Positions 12,895 through 25,188 of a stretch of DNA of 64,000 nucleotides are shown here, piece after piece. Each line of letters opens with the position of its first letter. Position 1 is the stretch's first letter. The DNA is from Octopus bimaculoides. Taxonomy: Eukaryota. The notes under the pieces are model-generated. The model was not told the DNA's origin, made no database searches, and saw nothing but the letters and a program-made list of their open reading frames with translations. A program made the translations under genes and the position numbers. The DNA is taken from NCBI RefSeq assembly GCF_001194135.2, contig NC_068982.1:36009931-36073930 (forward strand), written 5' to 3'.

Positions 12895-13197
12895 CAGCAG
12901 CTATATGGCTCAGTGGTTAGAGTGTTAGGCTCTCAATCATGAGGTAGTGAGTCTGATTTCCAGACTGTGTGTTGCGCTCTTGAACAAGACACTTTATTTC
13001 ACACTGCTCCAGAAATGAGTTGCCAAGTCACTGGTACCAGGCTGTATTGGCCTTTGCCTTTCCCTTGGATAACATCAGTAGCATGGAGAAGGGAGGCTGG
13101 TATGCATGGGCGAAACAACCTTACCTAGACTTGTGCCTCAGAAGGGAACCTTCTAGGTGTAATCCCATGGTCATTCGTGACTGAAGGGGGTCTTTAT
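12895..13197 (+). mobile_element. Third SINE family (tRNA head; 3' part shared with 33300-33420 and 50120-50280)
   Basis: TGGCTCAGTGGTTAGAG head; 3' CCCATGGTCATTCGTGACTGAAGGGGGTCTTTA recurs elsewhere. Confidence 0.7.
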
Positions 13198-14502
13198 ATT
13201 AGCAGGAAAAAGACAGAGAGTGAATGATGGATGACCATAGAAACAGGCAGTTCTAAGAAAGCATGTTGGATGTTGGTAGTCAGATGGAAAGGGAGGAAAA
13301 ATGAGGAGGTGCATTGGATACCAGTAAGTCCATCATTTAGACATCATGATGAGGGAGAGACACATAGTATCAACTACATGTTTGCTGAAAAGAGAGAGAG
13401 AGAGGGCTAAGTATTGAATAGTTATAGGAATTATTGGTGGTAGATGAGGGGTCTATTGCATAGACAAGGGAGGAGGACAGCAGATGGAGACTTAGCTGGT
13501 ACAAAATGGAAGAAAGGCCTTGATATAGATAAATATATTATTTATCCCAGCCTCCATCATGACCTCATTTTAACATACGTTTTTGCCATACTTGCACAGG
13601 TGGACAGGTCTGCTCCAGCACTGAATGTCACCGACCATCAGGGTTCCTTGTCACCTCGTTTGTGAGATGCAATATCTTGAGACCACTCTTCACTGTTTCA
13701 TGAATATCTATCAGCAAATGACACATGCTCGTTATTGCTTGGTTTTGTTTGCAGAAATTCATAAAGACTAGTAATTAAAACCTATGTCTTTCTATGTACA
13801 TTCATGAGTGTGTTTGTGTGTGTGTGTGTAATATCTATATGAGGGTGTATATATAAATATTGTTTGCAGTGTTTATATAAGTACACACAAATACATTTAT
13901 TTAGTTAGACAAATAAAAATTAGGTTCATAAATTAACAAAAGATAGGTGGATATATTCACAAACAGAAGCCAAATTTTAATGTCTATGTTGTCAAACAAT
14001 TGTTCTACTAACAAAGCATACTTTCCTTAAAGAGAAAGGAAACTGGAAACTTGCATTTATGTTATTTAAGTTAAATAACAATTTATTTAATATAAATTCC
14101 TCTGACAGGAAAATAATTTAATTTACACCAGATTACAACACTCCAGGTTCCTATTACAATAACAACATATGCACTGATATACAAGCCATCGTAAATCAAG
14201 TGGTACACCTCCAACAATATAAAATCTCTACCTTAAGAACTGTGCAATAAATATCAATAAGATTTAGGTCTGCAGCAATATAACTAAAGAATGGTAGTCA
14301 CTGTAATATTTCAGCAAATGTGTATTAGTCATGCATATTAAAGGCACAGGGATGACCATGGGATTAAGAAGTTTGCTTAGCAATCTGCAGTATTGGGTCA
14401 ATTCTCACTGTGTAGTACTATAGGCAAGTGTTTCTACTAGAGCTTCAGGCTGACCACCACCAATGACTTGAGAGTAAAATTGATAGAGAGAAACTGTACA
14501 GA

Positions 14503-14505
14503 AGA

Positions 14506-14545
<40 letters not shown>

Positions 14546-14705
14546 TACATATATACATAAAATATACCTATGTATCTACATATACATATATGTATATATA
14601 TGTATATATATATATATAATATACATATGTATATATATATATACATATATACATATGTATATAAAATATACATATGTATATACATATATAAAATATACAT
14701 ATGTA

Positions 14706-14736
<31 letters not shown>
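14503..14736. repeat. Compound (TA)/(TACA) microsatellite
   Basis: Direct reading; source of spurious YIYI ORFs. Confidence 0.95.
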
Positions 14737-14739
<3 letters not shown>

Positions 14740-14744
<5 letters not shown>

Positions 14745-15970
14745 CTGTAGTTTCAACTGATGCGTTGCCATTTTGCTACACTGTTATTACTGAGTGCCTC
14801 CTCCAATATGTGGCACTTGGTGAAGAATGGAGTTTGATGTAGCTACCCTCATTTGCAACTCTTGCCGTGAGGTTGGTTCATCTGTGACTCTCGACAGGAA
14901 GAGGTCCAGCTTTGATTCAAAAACACCTACATCTACTTTGTGCAGGTTCCTCAGGCTCTTTGGGAAAATATTAAAAAGCTGTGGGCCCCTGAAACCCAGG
15001 CTGTTGCAGTAACTGGTCCTGAAGCATGATGGCGTTGCTAGGATCTTATGCAGTGTTGTCCCATTCTGGCATTGGTGTAGCTTTCAATGCCAAAATTTGG
15101 CACATTTCCTTCCAGGATCTTCCAGATGTATATTACTGCATACCCCTCCTGCCTTCTCTCCATGGAGTAGAGTCTTAGCTGTTTCAGCCTTTCCCAGTAG
15201 CTGAGCAGTTGCAAAGAAATTATCTTCTTTGTGAATCTTCTCTGGATTGCTTCAAAGTCCGCTGTTAATTTCAGCCAGTCCTGTCTGAGGATTGCTTTTT
15301 TGGATCGATTTCCAGTCTACTTTGTGGAAGTTCAGATTGGAGAGATTTTGGGTGCTTCCTTTAGGCTATATGTCTGGGTACTTTCGACCCAAACTTAGAC
15401 AGCTCTATTATGTTGTGATCTGAGACCAACGTCAGTGTCACTTTCACATCATGAACGATGTCCATATTGTTCGTGAAGCAGAGATCCAAAATGTTATTCA
15501 CCCTAGTTGGTCTGAGTACAACTTGCTCCATGAATAGGGAATTGGTGAGGTTGAGCAGGGACTCCACATGTGCTTGTTTGCAATGTGTCATTCCTGAGAA
15601 TATGAGGCCTTCGGGCCATTTGACGTTGGGGAAGTTGAAATCATCCATAAGAAATACTCTCACATGGTGTTCCAGTTTCATGAGGATTTCTTTAATTCTT
15701 GTGAGGCAATCTTCAAACTTGCCTATGTTGTTTGGAGCATCTGGTGGGCAATATGTATTGCATATGACTATATTGTGTTGTCTTATGTATACAATTAGAG
15801 TGTCACATACTGAATTTGAGTATGACAGTAAAACCTGGGGTGTGAGGTCATCATGGATATATACAGCAACTCCACTATGGCACCTTTCCCTTCTGTCTGT
15901 TCCCAGTATGGTACATTTTGGTACATGTACTTCTGTATCCTCTATGTCAGGGCTGAGGTGAGTTTCCACG
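14740..15970 (-). mobile_element. CR1/L2-group LINE: AP endonuclease fused to the 3' end, RT deleted
   Basis: ETHL..GVAVY..YCPP..DFNFP..LDLCFTN..SDHN endonuclease motifs, linker NFHKVDWKSI, then directly EAIQRRFTKKI..YWERLKQLRLYSMERR C-terminal motifs. Confidence 0.85.
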
Positions 15971-16139
15971 AGGGAGAGAAAAACAGGAAAGGGAGGAATA
16001 TATGTGAGGGAAGGAGAGAGGAAGAGGTAGGTATGAAAGTGAGAGAGGGAGCAGGTAATGAAGATGTGTAGGCAAACAAAAAACAAAATTTATAATTCTA
16101 AATAGGATTTATAACTCTAAATAATTCTAGAGTTAAAAT

Positions 16140-17396
16140 GAAAAAAGAAATGATAGTGAAAAGAAAGGGGTTTCATAATAATTTCTATTTTTCAAAAACA
16201 ATGTAAACGAAAGGGTTGCTGTAAGAAAAGTTCAATGAAAAATTATAGCGAAAGAGAGAGAAAGTTTCACCGTAAATTCTCAGAATGTAAACAAAGAGAA
16301 AGTCTTAACTCAATTGAGGAAGCATCTCTTGTAAGTTGAACTGCGCGTTATGCTGCAGTCTCTGCAGCTCATGCAGCAGCAGTAGGGGAAGCATTTCTTG
16401 TTCAGCATGCTGAATGTTGCTCCTTGCTCTGGGCGGCTCATTGTGCATCAATATGTGCTAACCGATAACAAAGCTGCTCTTCACTTTCCCTTCTTTGCGC
16501 TGCAGCCATCCTAAGTACATTGAGAGAGTTCCTCCTGGTGGCGTCCCTGACAGATTCATTTGCATGCATACGTTTACTCTTCTTTGCAGCATTTGTTTGC
16601 TTACCTATATTGGATCTTTTGTGTCGAGGCATAATGGAAAATTATCAGTTTACGCAATAGAAAATGTCCTAAGGAAAAAGCGGTGAATGTGTAGCACCCA
16701 AAAAATAGTAAAATGTAGTTGGCAAAAATGTTAATCAAACAGACCAAATTAAGGATTTTTAATTTTGGGTAAGAGTTTGAAGTGGCTAGTTTAAGTTGGA
16801 ACAATTGTATGAAAAAGAGCGCTCATGTGAAAACAGAGGCAAATCATAACTCGCAAATGAATACTGCTGACAGTACTGTGCAAGCACTTGATAAGAGCTC
16901 GCCACAGCTGACAAAGTATTGATTTTTTCCAGCTGGGTGTGTGTCACGTTTTCTCTGGCTCAAGCCAAATCCTAGGCGAATTGAGAGTAGTCTATTTATG
17001 TTGGGGGCATGGAATTTTGAGGAAAAAATTATAAGAAAAAGTGTCCTAAGTCAAAGAGAGCACACAGGTCAAATTTGGTGAAATTCGGTTGAAAATTGTA
17101 GGAGTAGAAGTGGTTCACACAACACACACACAGGCAGACAGACAACCTGCCTTTTAATACATAAGATCAAACGCGTACCATTGCATAGACGTGGTGGGTT
17201 CAAATCCTAGGCGAATTGAGAGTAGTATATTTATATTGGGGGCACGGAATTTTGAGGAAAAAATTATAAGAAAAAGCGTTCTAAGCCAAAGAGAGCACAC
17301 ATGTCAAATTTGGTGAAATTTGAAAATTGAAATTTGTAGAAGTGGTTCACACAACACACAAACATACACAGACAACTTACCTTTTAATATATAAGA
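16140..17396 (-). mobile_element. Helitron 5' portion with duplicated 5' terminus and RepHel N-terminal remnant
   Basis: Two A|TCTTAT..TTAAAAGG starts followed by GTCT/GTGT microsatellites (17396, 17166). Same-strand ORF MPRHKRSNIGKQTNAAKK..RHANES resembles Helitron RepHel N-termini (recalled). No 3' CTRR end found; left boundary approximate. Confidence 0.55.
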
Positions 17397-17957
17397 TATA
17401 TATATATATATATAGATACTTATGTATATTATATATATATATATAGATAGATAGATAGATAGATACATATGGATATTATATATATATACTTAGATGCATA
17501 TGTATATTATATATATATATACACACATACAGGCGGAAGTTACTGCCGCGTGTGTATATGTCTGTGTGTGTGTGTACTATTTATATATATATATATATAC
17601 ATACATACGCACATACATACATATATGCATATATGTATGCATGGGAGTGAGTATGTGTGGTTGTGTCTTGTCATTGTTTATGCTTGCTGTAGAGAATGTG
17701 CCTTGCCACGAAGCTGTTTATGTGAAAACCTAGGGAAATAGGTATTTTACTTGGCAACAACTATAAGCTGGTGACAGGAAGGGCATTTGGTGAAAGATTA
17801 TTGCCTTAAGTTTAATCCAGTCCATACCAGTATGAAAAATGCAGATGTAAAACTGATGAGGATTATTTCATGTCCATACAAGTGCAGTCTTGTCTCGTAA
17901 ATAAATGAAAATGTTTATTATTTTCTTTATGTAAATAAAAAAAAAAACTACACAAAC

Positions 17958-18146
17958 CTCATATTTGGGATCATTAAGAATTCGACTTAGATCTCTAAAT
18001 TCAAGTTGTATTGTAGTTACTTCAGAGGTAGTGCTGTCTGGGCCCCACCGAGGAGGATGAGCTTTTTTGGTCTTTAGATTAACATCTGAGTATGGGATCT
18101 TAGATGGGGAATCAAAACAAGGCATTAATCGATCTCCAAGTTCTTT
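17958..18146 (-). CDS. MAN1B1: MAN1B1 exon 7
   Basis: ttttccag|AAA ... GAG|GTTTGT, 189 nt. [24 protein letters not shown]...[18 protein letters not shown]. Confidence 0.96.
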
Positions 18147-18747
18147 CTGGAAAATTAAATGAGCAAATGAAGGTTTACAGCTACAATGAAGACTGTGAGA
18201 GTCATGAAAAATAATGGTAATGTTAATATGTAGCAGTACTTAAATACCATCTTTGTTACATTTAATCCAATTCAGGTTTTTGATTTGTATTCTTCTTTCC
18301 CAAAGACTGGAGCTTTTGTTTTAAAACAAATGTGGCAGCTGAAGGTTTTGAAATAATGAGAAAATGACCACACACAAGTAAATCTAAAACATTTAACAGT
18401 TTATGATGAAGGCATTACAATTTAAAGTAAATTATTAATAATAGTTACAAATAAATAATTATTTCTCACATTAGGAAATGGTAATGACTTTGTAACTGAG
18501 GGATTATAGTCAGTAGAACTGATTCCAGTACATTACTGCTACTATTTACTAGACTCCTGGTAGATGAAATTTAAAATCAACCTCTATGGGATTTGAATTC
18601 AGAATGCAGAGAGAAGAGACAAAATTGCAAGGCATTTGCTCCTACATTTTACCACTTTAGCCATATAGCTGCTCTTTTATGAATTAATAATAGAAAACAT
18701 ATTTTTAATACAGAGTTACAAATGTGAATTAAAGTTTAAATTCTTAC

Positions 18748-18896
18748 AGCTTTCTGCTTGAACACTTCATCTCCAGACAGATGATAGGCACTTAGTAAGC
18801 CTCCAAGAATTCGGATAGTTATTTCAAATAGATTCACATCTTGGTTTATATCTAATATCATATGTTTTTCTACCCAGCTGCGAGCTTCCTTAAATT
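18748..18896 (-). CDS. MAN1B1: MAN1B1 exon 6
   Basis: atag|AA ... GCT|GTAAGA, 149 nt. [23 protein letters not shown] carries the LFE catalytic Glu. Confidence 0.96.
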
Positions 18897-19239
18897 CTAT
18901 AAGAAATGGTATAAGAAAAAGAAAAACTATTTTTGTTAACAACAATGCTATATTTAATCAAAAGGTAACAGAAAACATAGCTAATTAATGATTTTTTTTT
19001 CTACATGGCATTTAGTATTGTCAAAAAATATTTCATTAAAATAAAAAAGTTGATGCTTTTATTTTCAATGTCATGTTACCAACTTATCCAAACAATTTGA
19101 AAATAAGAGATCCAGGCTTTCAACTTCATTTTCAACTGCAGAGTATCAATGTTACTTTGTTATTTATAAAGGTATAACACCCATTTTTCCATGCTAATAT
19201 AAATAAAACTATACATATTACTGAAACATTGTCTTACAG

Positions 19240-19400
19240 CCAGATGTGTGGCTGTGTAGTCAAGAAGTTTGCTTCCCAACCATATGGTTTCAGGCTCAGT
19301 CCCACTGCAGGACACCTTGGACAAATGTCTTCTTCTATATACCCAGGCCAACCAAAGCTTTGAGTCAATTTGGTGGACGGAAATTGAAAAACCCTCATTG
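19240..19400 (+). mobile_element. Abundant SINE head (intron 5)
   Basis: GTGGCTGTGTAGTCAAGAAGTTTGC..ACCTTGGACAAATG.., followed by (CA)/(TA) microsatellites. Confidence 0.8.
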
Positions 19401-19503
19401 GATACGCACACACACACGAACATGTGTGTATGTGTGTGTGTGTGCGTGTGTGTGTCAGTATGTATATGTTTGTGTTTCCTTGTCTTGACTTTGTGTAATG
19501 TTG

Positions 19504-19507
<4 letters not shown>

Positions 19508-19590
<83 letters not shown>
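19508..19590. repeat. (TA)n microsatellite
   Basis: About 80 bp of pure AT dinucleotide. Confidence 0.97.
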
Positions 19591-19593
<3 letters not shown>

Positions 19594-19901
19594 CACACAT
19601 ATATACATTTGTTCCCTGTGCACATTTCGCCACTGTGGTTATTTGCGTTTTCCCCAGTGAGTATTCATAGTGTATTTGGATGCAGATCTACAATAGTTCT
19701 GCAAGAAAACTGTATTACATAATGTAAACACAGAACACACACACACATAAATAAATTATAGTGTGCAATATATGATAACATTTATTACAATATAATATAT
19801 ACTGTATCAAAGTGTTATATATATGTTATATTTTAAAATACAATTCTATTACAAATGCAATTATACTATAGATAAATAGAAATAAAGTCTCAATAGCTTA
19901 C

Positions 19902-20093
19902 CTTCATTAAGCCCCATAATAAACATTGTGTCTAATGCATCAACCATAGTTAGTCCAACTCCAAACCAATCATGATATGTTTTTGCAACTGGCCTCAATT
20001 CATCGTGCCCCCAAGCATATTCTTGATAAGCTTTCCAAGCATGACTGAAGGCATTGATCACAGATATCTGCCTCTTGGACTTAGATTTAGGAA
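19902..20093 (-). CDS. MAN1B1: MAN1B1 exon 5 (start of GH47 domain)
   Basis: tttccag|TT ... G|GTAAGC, 192 nt. RQISVINAFSHAWKAYQEYAWGHDELRP...GLTMVDALDTM. Confidence 0.96.
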
Positions 20094-22600
20094 CTGGAAA
20101 TCATAGATTAAAAGGATAATGAGAGTGCAATAAAATGTTTTGTCTGAATAAAACAAACAACTACTATTAAATACATACCAGTGCCACATAAAATCATCCT
20201 TGCTGGTACCATATAAAAGCATCTGTGCTGGTGCCATGTAAAAAAAAACACCCAGTACACTGTGTAAAGAGGTTGGCATTAGGAAGGCATCCGGGCATAG
20301 AAACCATGCCAAAATAGACAATTGGTGCCTGAGTAGCTTTCAGGCTGGCCAGCTCTTGTCAAATCAGTTCACCCACACCAGCATGGAAAATGGATGCATG
20401 ATGATGATGATGATGATGATGACTATAAAGTAAGAGTTCCATGAATAATTAAAAAATCATTCCATGGAAGGTGTTCATAAGAGTTCAGCATATTGATTTC
20501 ACCAGCCTATCAGAATTTGATCAGCCAAATTTAGTAAATCACATGTGTGCTTCCTGGATAAATCATAGACAAAACATCTTTCCATTATTGATTTCTTACA
20601 GAATATGACTTTGATCTCTTTAAATTCAGAGTTAACAATTTTTTTACCTAATGTTAGCAACTTCCTTCATTTTGATATTTTTGTTTTGTTTTTTCTTTTG
20701 TATTACCGTCTCATTTTATTGGTAGACAATAGATAGATAATGAAAGCATGCATAAGATAAGTAGGGAAGGAGATAGATAGATAGATAGAAGAGAGAAAAA
20801 AAGATGAATAGTGAAAAGGAGAAAGAGACAATTTTCACCAAGTAGGATGAGAATATCCAAAAACTGTTGAATATAGATAACACACCTAATGAAAGTTCAT
20901 TGCTTTTAATGCATATTGAATTGCCAAAATAAAATAAATCTGGAATAAATTTGTTGTTTTTATAAATATACAAATCGAATATCCCACACATTATTCAGTT
21001 CAAAATCAAAAACATTCTCACTGGAAAATGGTAAGATATAATTGTAGGAAGATTTGACTGCTATTTCTAGCATTCAAGTAACCGCTTTAACTGACATTCC
21101 ATAGGTACATTTCTGATCATTCCAGCCATGCATATGTACACAAATATACATTTTTTTTTTTTAGCATTTCAATAGCCATCCCACATGTATACATAAAATA
21201 TACACACAAACAAAGCAAATTGAGAGACCTATTTTCTGATTCTCTAAAACCAAAATAATAGATTTTCATTTTGTCTTCAAATGCTACTTTGATTTCAAAT
21301 GCACAGTAAAACAGTGTTTCTTCACAAAATACTATATCATGTGAAAATATGTATCTAAGTCTTTTGTGTATGTGTCTGGGTTGTATATTTTATTCGTGTG
21401 TTGCAATTAGTAGTGTGTGTGCATTTGATATATATGTCATATGTCTATGTGCCATGTAAGTATTCATGTATGTTTTGGATGCATATTGCTATGATAAGGA
21501 ACAAAATTTTTCTGTTTTGAGGGTCCCAGAATCTAAAAATGCATTGAGAGTAATTAAAAACAAAGGGACATGTGCTTAAGAGAACATAAGTCAAAACTTT
21601 TATCATCACAATGGACTGTTTTCATGAAATCGTGGAACAAACAGAAACACAAATTATGACCTTTAGTATTATATAAAGATAACAGCAAATAAATAGCTAC
21701 TCCTTGGTTCCAATACAAGCTAGGCAAAGTGGAATTGAAGTTTGAACAGCTAAAATATATCAACAAATGGAGATAGAGCTCCTCCAATGACACAATATGT
21801 AACTGGTACAGAACCACAAACTAATGAGCATTGGTTGAGATACTTCCTAATGTAAGAACCATGCAATTCTGCTGACCAAGCAATGTACAATGAAGATGCA
21901 GAGAAATGTTTTAGGCTGAACAAAATTTAGCTGAATGGACTCAATAAGAAGAAAAATGGCAGGCTTAGGAAGATGACCAGAGAATATTTGGATGCAAAGG
22001 AGCAGCAACTCTTGTGTCTTTGCTCTGACAGCAAAGATGGCAGACTCAGATCATTAAAAGCAATGAAACTTAAATTTCCAGGCAAGGCTCCACATAGCAA
22101 AATACAGTTTAATGAAAAGCAATAAAAGATGGTATTCATCGGAACTACATGAAAATGGGATTTAAATTTTTGGCTTTGTAAATAATCCAAACTTTGAGAC
22201 AATATGGATGACATCAGAAATCAGATGAAGAGCACCGCTGTTTTCTCCCTTGCTAGAATACCAAACACTTGTCAGAAAACAAATCATCTTTCATTCGTTT
22301 CAGTCATTGGACTGTGGCTATGCTGTGGCGCTGTGTTGAAGGATTAAGTCAAACAAATCAACCCCAGTACTTATTTTTCTTTAAAAAAAAACCAAAAAAG
22401 CTTGGCACTTATTCTATCATTATCTTTTGCTGAACTGCTAAGTTACAGGAATGTAAACAAACCAACCAACATCAGTTGTCAAGTAGTGGGAGGGGGTAAA
22501 CATACTCATATATATATATATATGTATATCTATGTATGTATGTGCATATGTGTGTGTGTGTATGTGAGTATACATACATACATACATACACACATATATA

Positions 22601-24200
22601 CACGATGGAAGTAAATAGTCACTCCATAAAAACATTGTTCTATGTTTATTCTAACTTGTAAAGTTGTATATTTTTTTATTAATTGACATTTTTATGCTTC
22701 AGATTCTATATGTAACTGTTTAATCATGCCATGTACAAAAGAAGCCTTGGAACTGCCTGAATTTCAAAGAGGCTGTATTGTGGGTCATTCTGAAGGTGGA
22801 CATAGTCAGTGTAAAATCACAGAAAACATTGGGATCCTGCTTTTTACAGTTAATTGAGTGATTGTGCAATTCACCAGAGATGGGGAGGAGCCTATATCAC
22901 CTCACTCAGACCAACTAGGGCCTTCTGACAGGAGGATAATCCTCACTGCAAGGCCTCTGACATAACAGAACAAGCTGATGTCAGTCCCAGAACAGCTGTC
23001 AGGTATCTCCACAAACTATAGCAGAGCAGCAAGATGGAAGCCACTTCTTTGATCAGTCAACATCAAGTGGAGAAAAGACTGGGCCAATGAGATGGTGGAG
23101 AGGCCACTAGCATTTTGGGACACTGTCACATTCTTTGATGAGTCCAGATTTGCTGTATTTCCTGACAGTGGTTGAGTGTGGGTCTGGAGACTCTGCGATA
23201 AAGAATTTGATGTGAAAAGATTGCAGCCAACAATGAAACAAGGCACCTATTCTGTGATGGTCTGGAGAGCAATTTGGAGCAATGGTTGATCAGAGCTGGT
23301 GGAATGTGAGGGAAACACAAACTCAGATAAATATGTGTCCATATTGCAGAAAGGACTCCTTCGAATCTTCTCCAGTGTTGAAATGATTAAAGAAGACTCT
23401 TTATGGAAGATGGAGCTCCTTATCACATGGTTAAAATGACCCAAGACTTGTTGGATGAGAATGGCATTAAAAAACTTCCATGGCCAAGCCGGTCACCAGA
23501 TATGAACCCTATTGAACACGTCTGGGACATAATGGACAGGTTGTTGTTGGCACTCCATCGCTTACGACGACGAGGGTTCCAGTTGATCCGATCAACGGAA
23601 CAGCCTGCTCATAAAATTAACGTGCAAGTGGCTGAGCATTCCACAGACACGTGTACCCTTAACGTAGTTCTCGGGGATATTCAGCGTAACACAGTGTGAC
23701 AAGGCTGGCCCTTTGAATTACAGGTACAACAGAAACAGGAAGTAAGAGTGAGAGAAAGTTGTGGTGAAAGAGTACAGCAGGGTTCGCCACCATCCCCTGC
23801 TGGAGCCTCGTGGAGCTTTAGGTGTTTTTGCTCAATAAACACTCACAACGCCCGTTCTGGGAATCGAAACCGCAATCCTATGACCGCGAGTCCGCTGCCC
23901 TAACCACTGGGCCATTGCACCTCCAATAATGGACAGGACATTTCATAAAAAGAACAAGAAAGTATCTTCAAAGCCAGATCTTTTGAGATTACTGCATGAA
24001 ACTTGGCAAGAAATTTCGCAAAAGAATATTCATCTGATCAGTAACATACCTATTAGGGTCCTTGCACTGAAAAATGCAAAGAGCATGTCTACTGAAAATT
24101 AAATATTCCCATTATAACAATTAATAAATAATATGAATGTATAATTTCAGATTTAAATAAATTTTCATGATTATAAAGATGTCTATTTACTTGTCATGTG
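22601..24200 (+). mobile_element. Tc1-family transposon (DD34E), decayed, interrupted by a SINE
   Basis: [20 protein letters not shown] from 22726, FFDESRF, EDGAPYH...WPSRSPDMNPIE (34 aa D-to-E), C-terminus to TAA 24100-24102. Degenerate TIRs sharing AAGTAAATAG; TA on the left. Confidence 0.9.
23541..23925 (-). mobile_element. tRNA-derived SINE, full length
   Basis: A-box-like TGGCCCAGTGG, B-box-like GGTTTCGATTCC, (CAA)n tail, 12-bp TSD ATAATGGACAGG (23529-23540, 23926-23937). CpGs intact. Confidence 0.88.
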
Positions 24201-24230
24201 TGTGTGTATATACATATATATATATATATA

Positions 24231-25017
24231 TCATCATCATTTAACGTCTGTGTTTCATGCTAGCATGGCTGGGATGGTATCGCAAGAGCCAGACAGGCCA
24301 TAGTCTGAATCAGACTTCTGTGACTGTTTTGGCAGGATTTTTACAGCTGGATGCCCTTCCTAACACCAACTATTCAGCAGAGTGGACTTAGTGCTTTTTA
24401 TGTGGCACAAGCACAAGTGAGGTGAGTAGTGCTTTTTATGTGGCACAAGCACAGGCAAGGTCAGTTTTGGCAAGGTTTTTATAGTTGGATGCCCTTCCGA
24501 ACACCAACCACTTTACAGTGTGGACTGGGTGCTTTTAAGTGGCACCTGCACTGACAGGATCACCAAATACTTGCAAGACAAAAACTTTTAAGAGGGAAGG
24601 GGGCATTGGAGGAAGTGATGATGAAACGGTTATAGTGAAACAGATATAGGTGTCTTGCTGAAAAGGAAGTACAAGGTTACCCAGCCGGAGAGAGAAAGAT
24701 CAGAGATGTGTGCTACCACAAAGAAAATACATAGTTGCCCAGCCTGAAGGAAGTGCAGGAGAAGGAGAAAGAGAGTGGGAGACCACAGGATGGAGATGGT
24801 GGCAAAATGCCGGGCATCCTCACAAGGAACAGGGATCAGAGTATAAATGAGATGGTTGAGTAAAGGAAGATATCATCATCATCATCGTTTAACGTCCGCT
24901 TTCCATGCTAGCATGAGTTAGACGATTTGACTGAGGACTGGTGAAACCGGATGGCAACACCAGGCTCCAATCTAAATTTGGCAGAGTTTCTACAGCTGGA
25001 TGCCCTTCCTAACGCCA
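24231..25017 (-). mobile_element. Two adjacent GAT-tailed RTE-type 3' ends (24231-24860 older, 24872-25017 younger)
   Basis: (CAT)n followed by TTTAACGTC..TTCCATGCTAGCATG at both starts; the second keeps its CpGs. Confidence 0.75.
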
Positions 25018-25030
25018 TATATATATATAA

Positions 25031-25188
25031 TAGACTTCTTTTAGTTTCTGTTTACTGAATTCACTCACAAGTCTTTGGTCAACCTGGGACTATAGTAGAA
25101 GACATTTACCCAAAGTGCCGCACAGTGAAACTGAACCTGGAACCATGTGGTTGGAAAATAAGCTTCTTACCACATAGCCATACCTGCT
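25031..25188 (-). mobile_element. Abundant SINE head (intron 4)
   Basis: Reverse complement of the head at 19240-19400. Confidence 0.8.

Noticed and set aside
14437-14842. YIYI/VCVC/THTH-rich ORFs (also about 17470, 19160, 22400, 51400)
   Set aside because: Translations of dinucleotide and tetranucleotide microsatellites.
15458-15961. 167-aa plus-strand ORF
   Set aside because: Antisense shadow of the LINE endonuclease frame.
17850-17900. CTGATGAG...CTCGTAA resembling a hammerhead ribozyme core (also CTGATGAGGAAA on the minus strand at about 47821-47832)
   Set aside because: The first is a mutated (GAT)n retroelement tail lacking GAAA; the second has no stem II; no supporting helices found.
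23886-23925. tRNA-like sequence (also SINE heads at about 12900 and elsewhere)
   Set aside because: These are Pol III heads of SINEs that continue into SINE bodies, not stand-alone tRNA genes.
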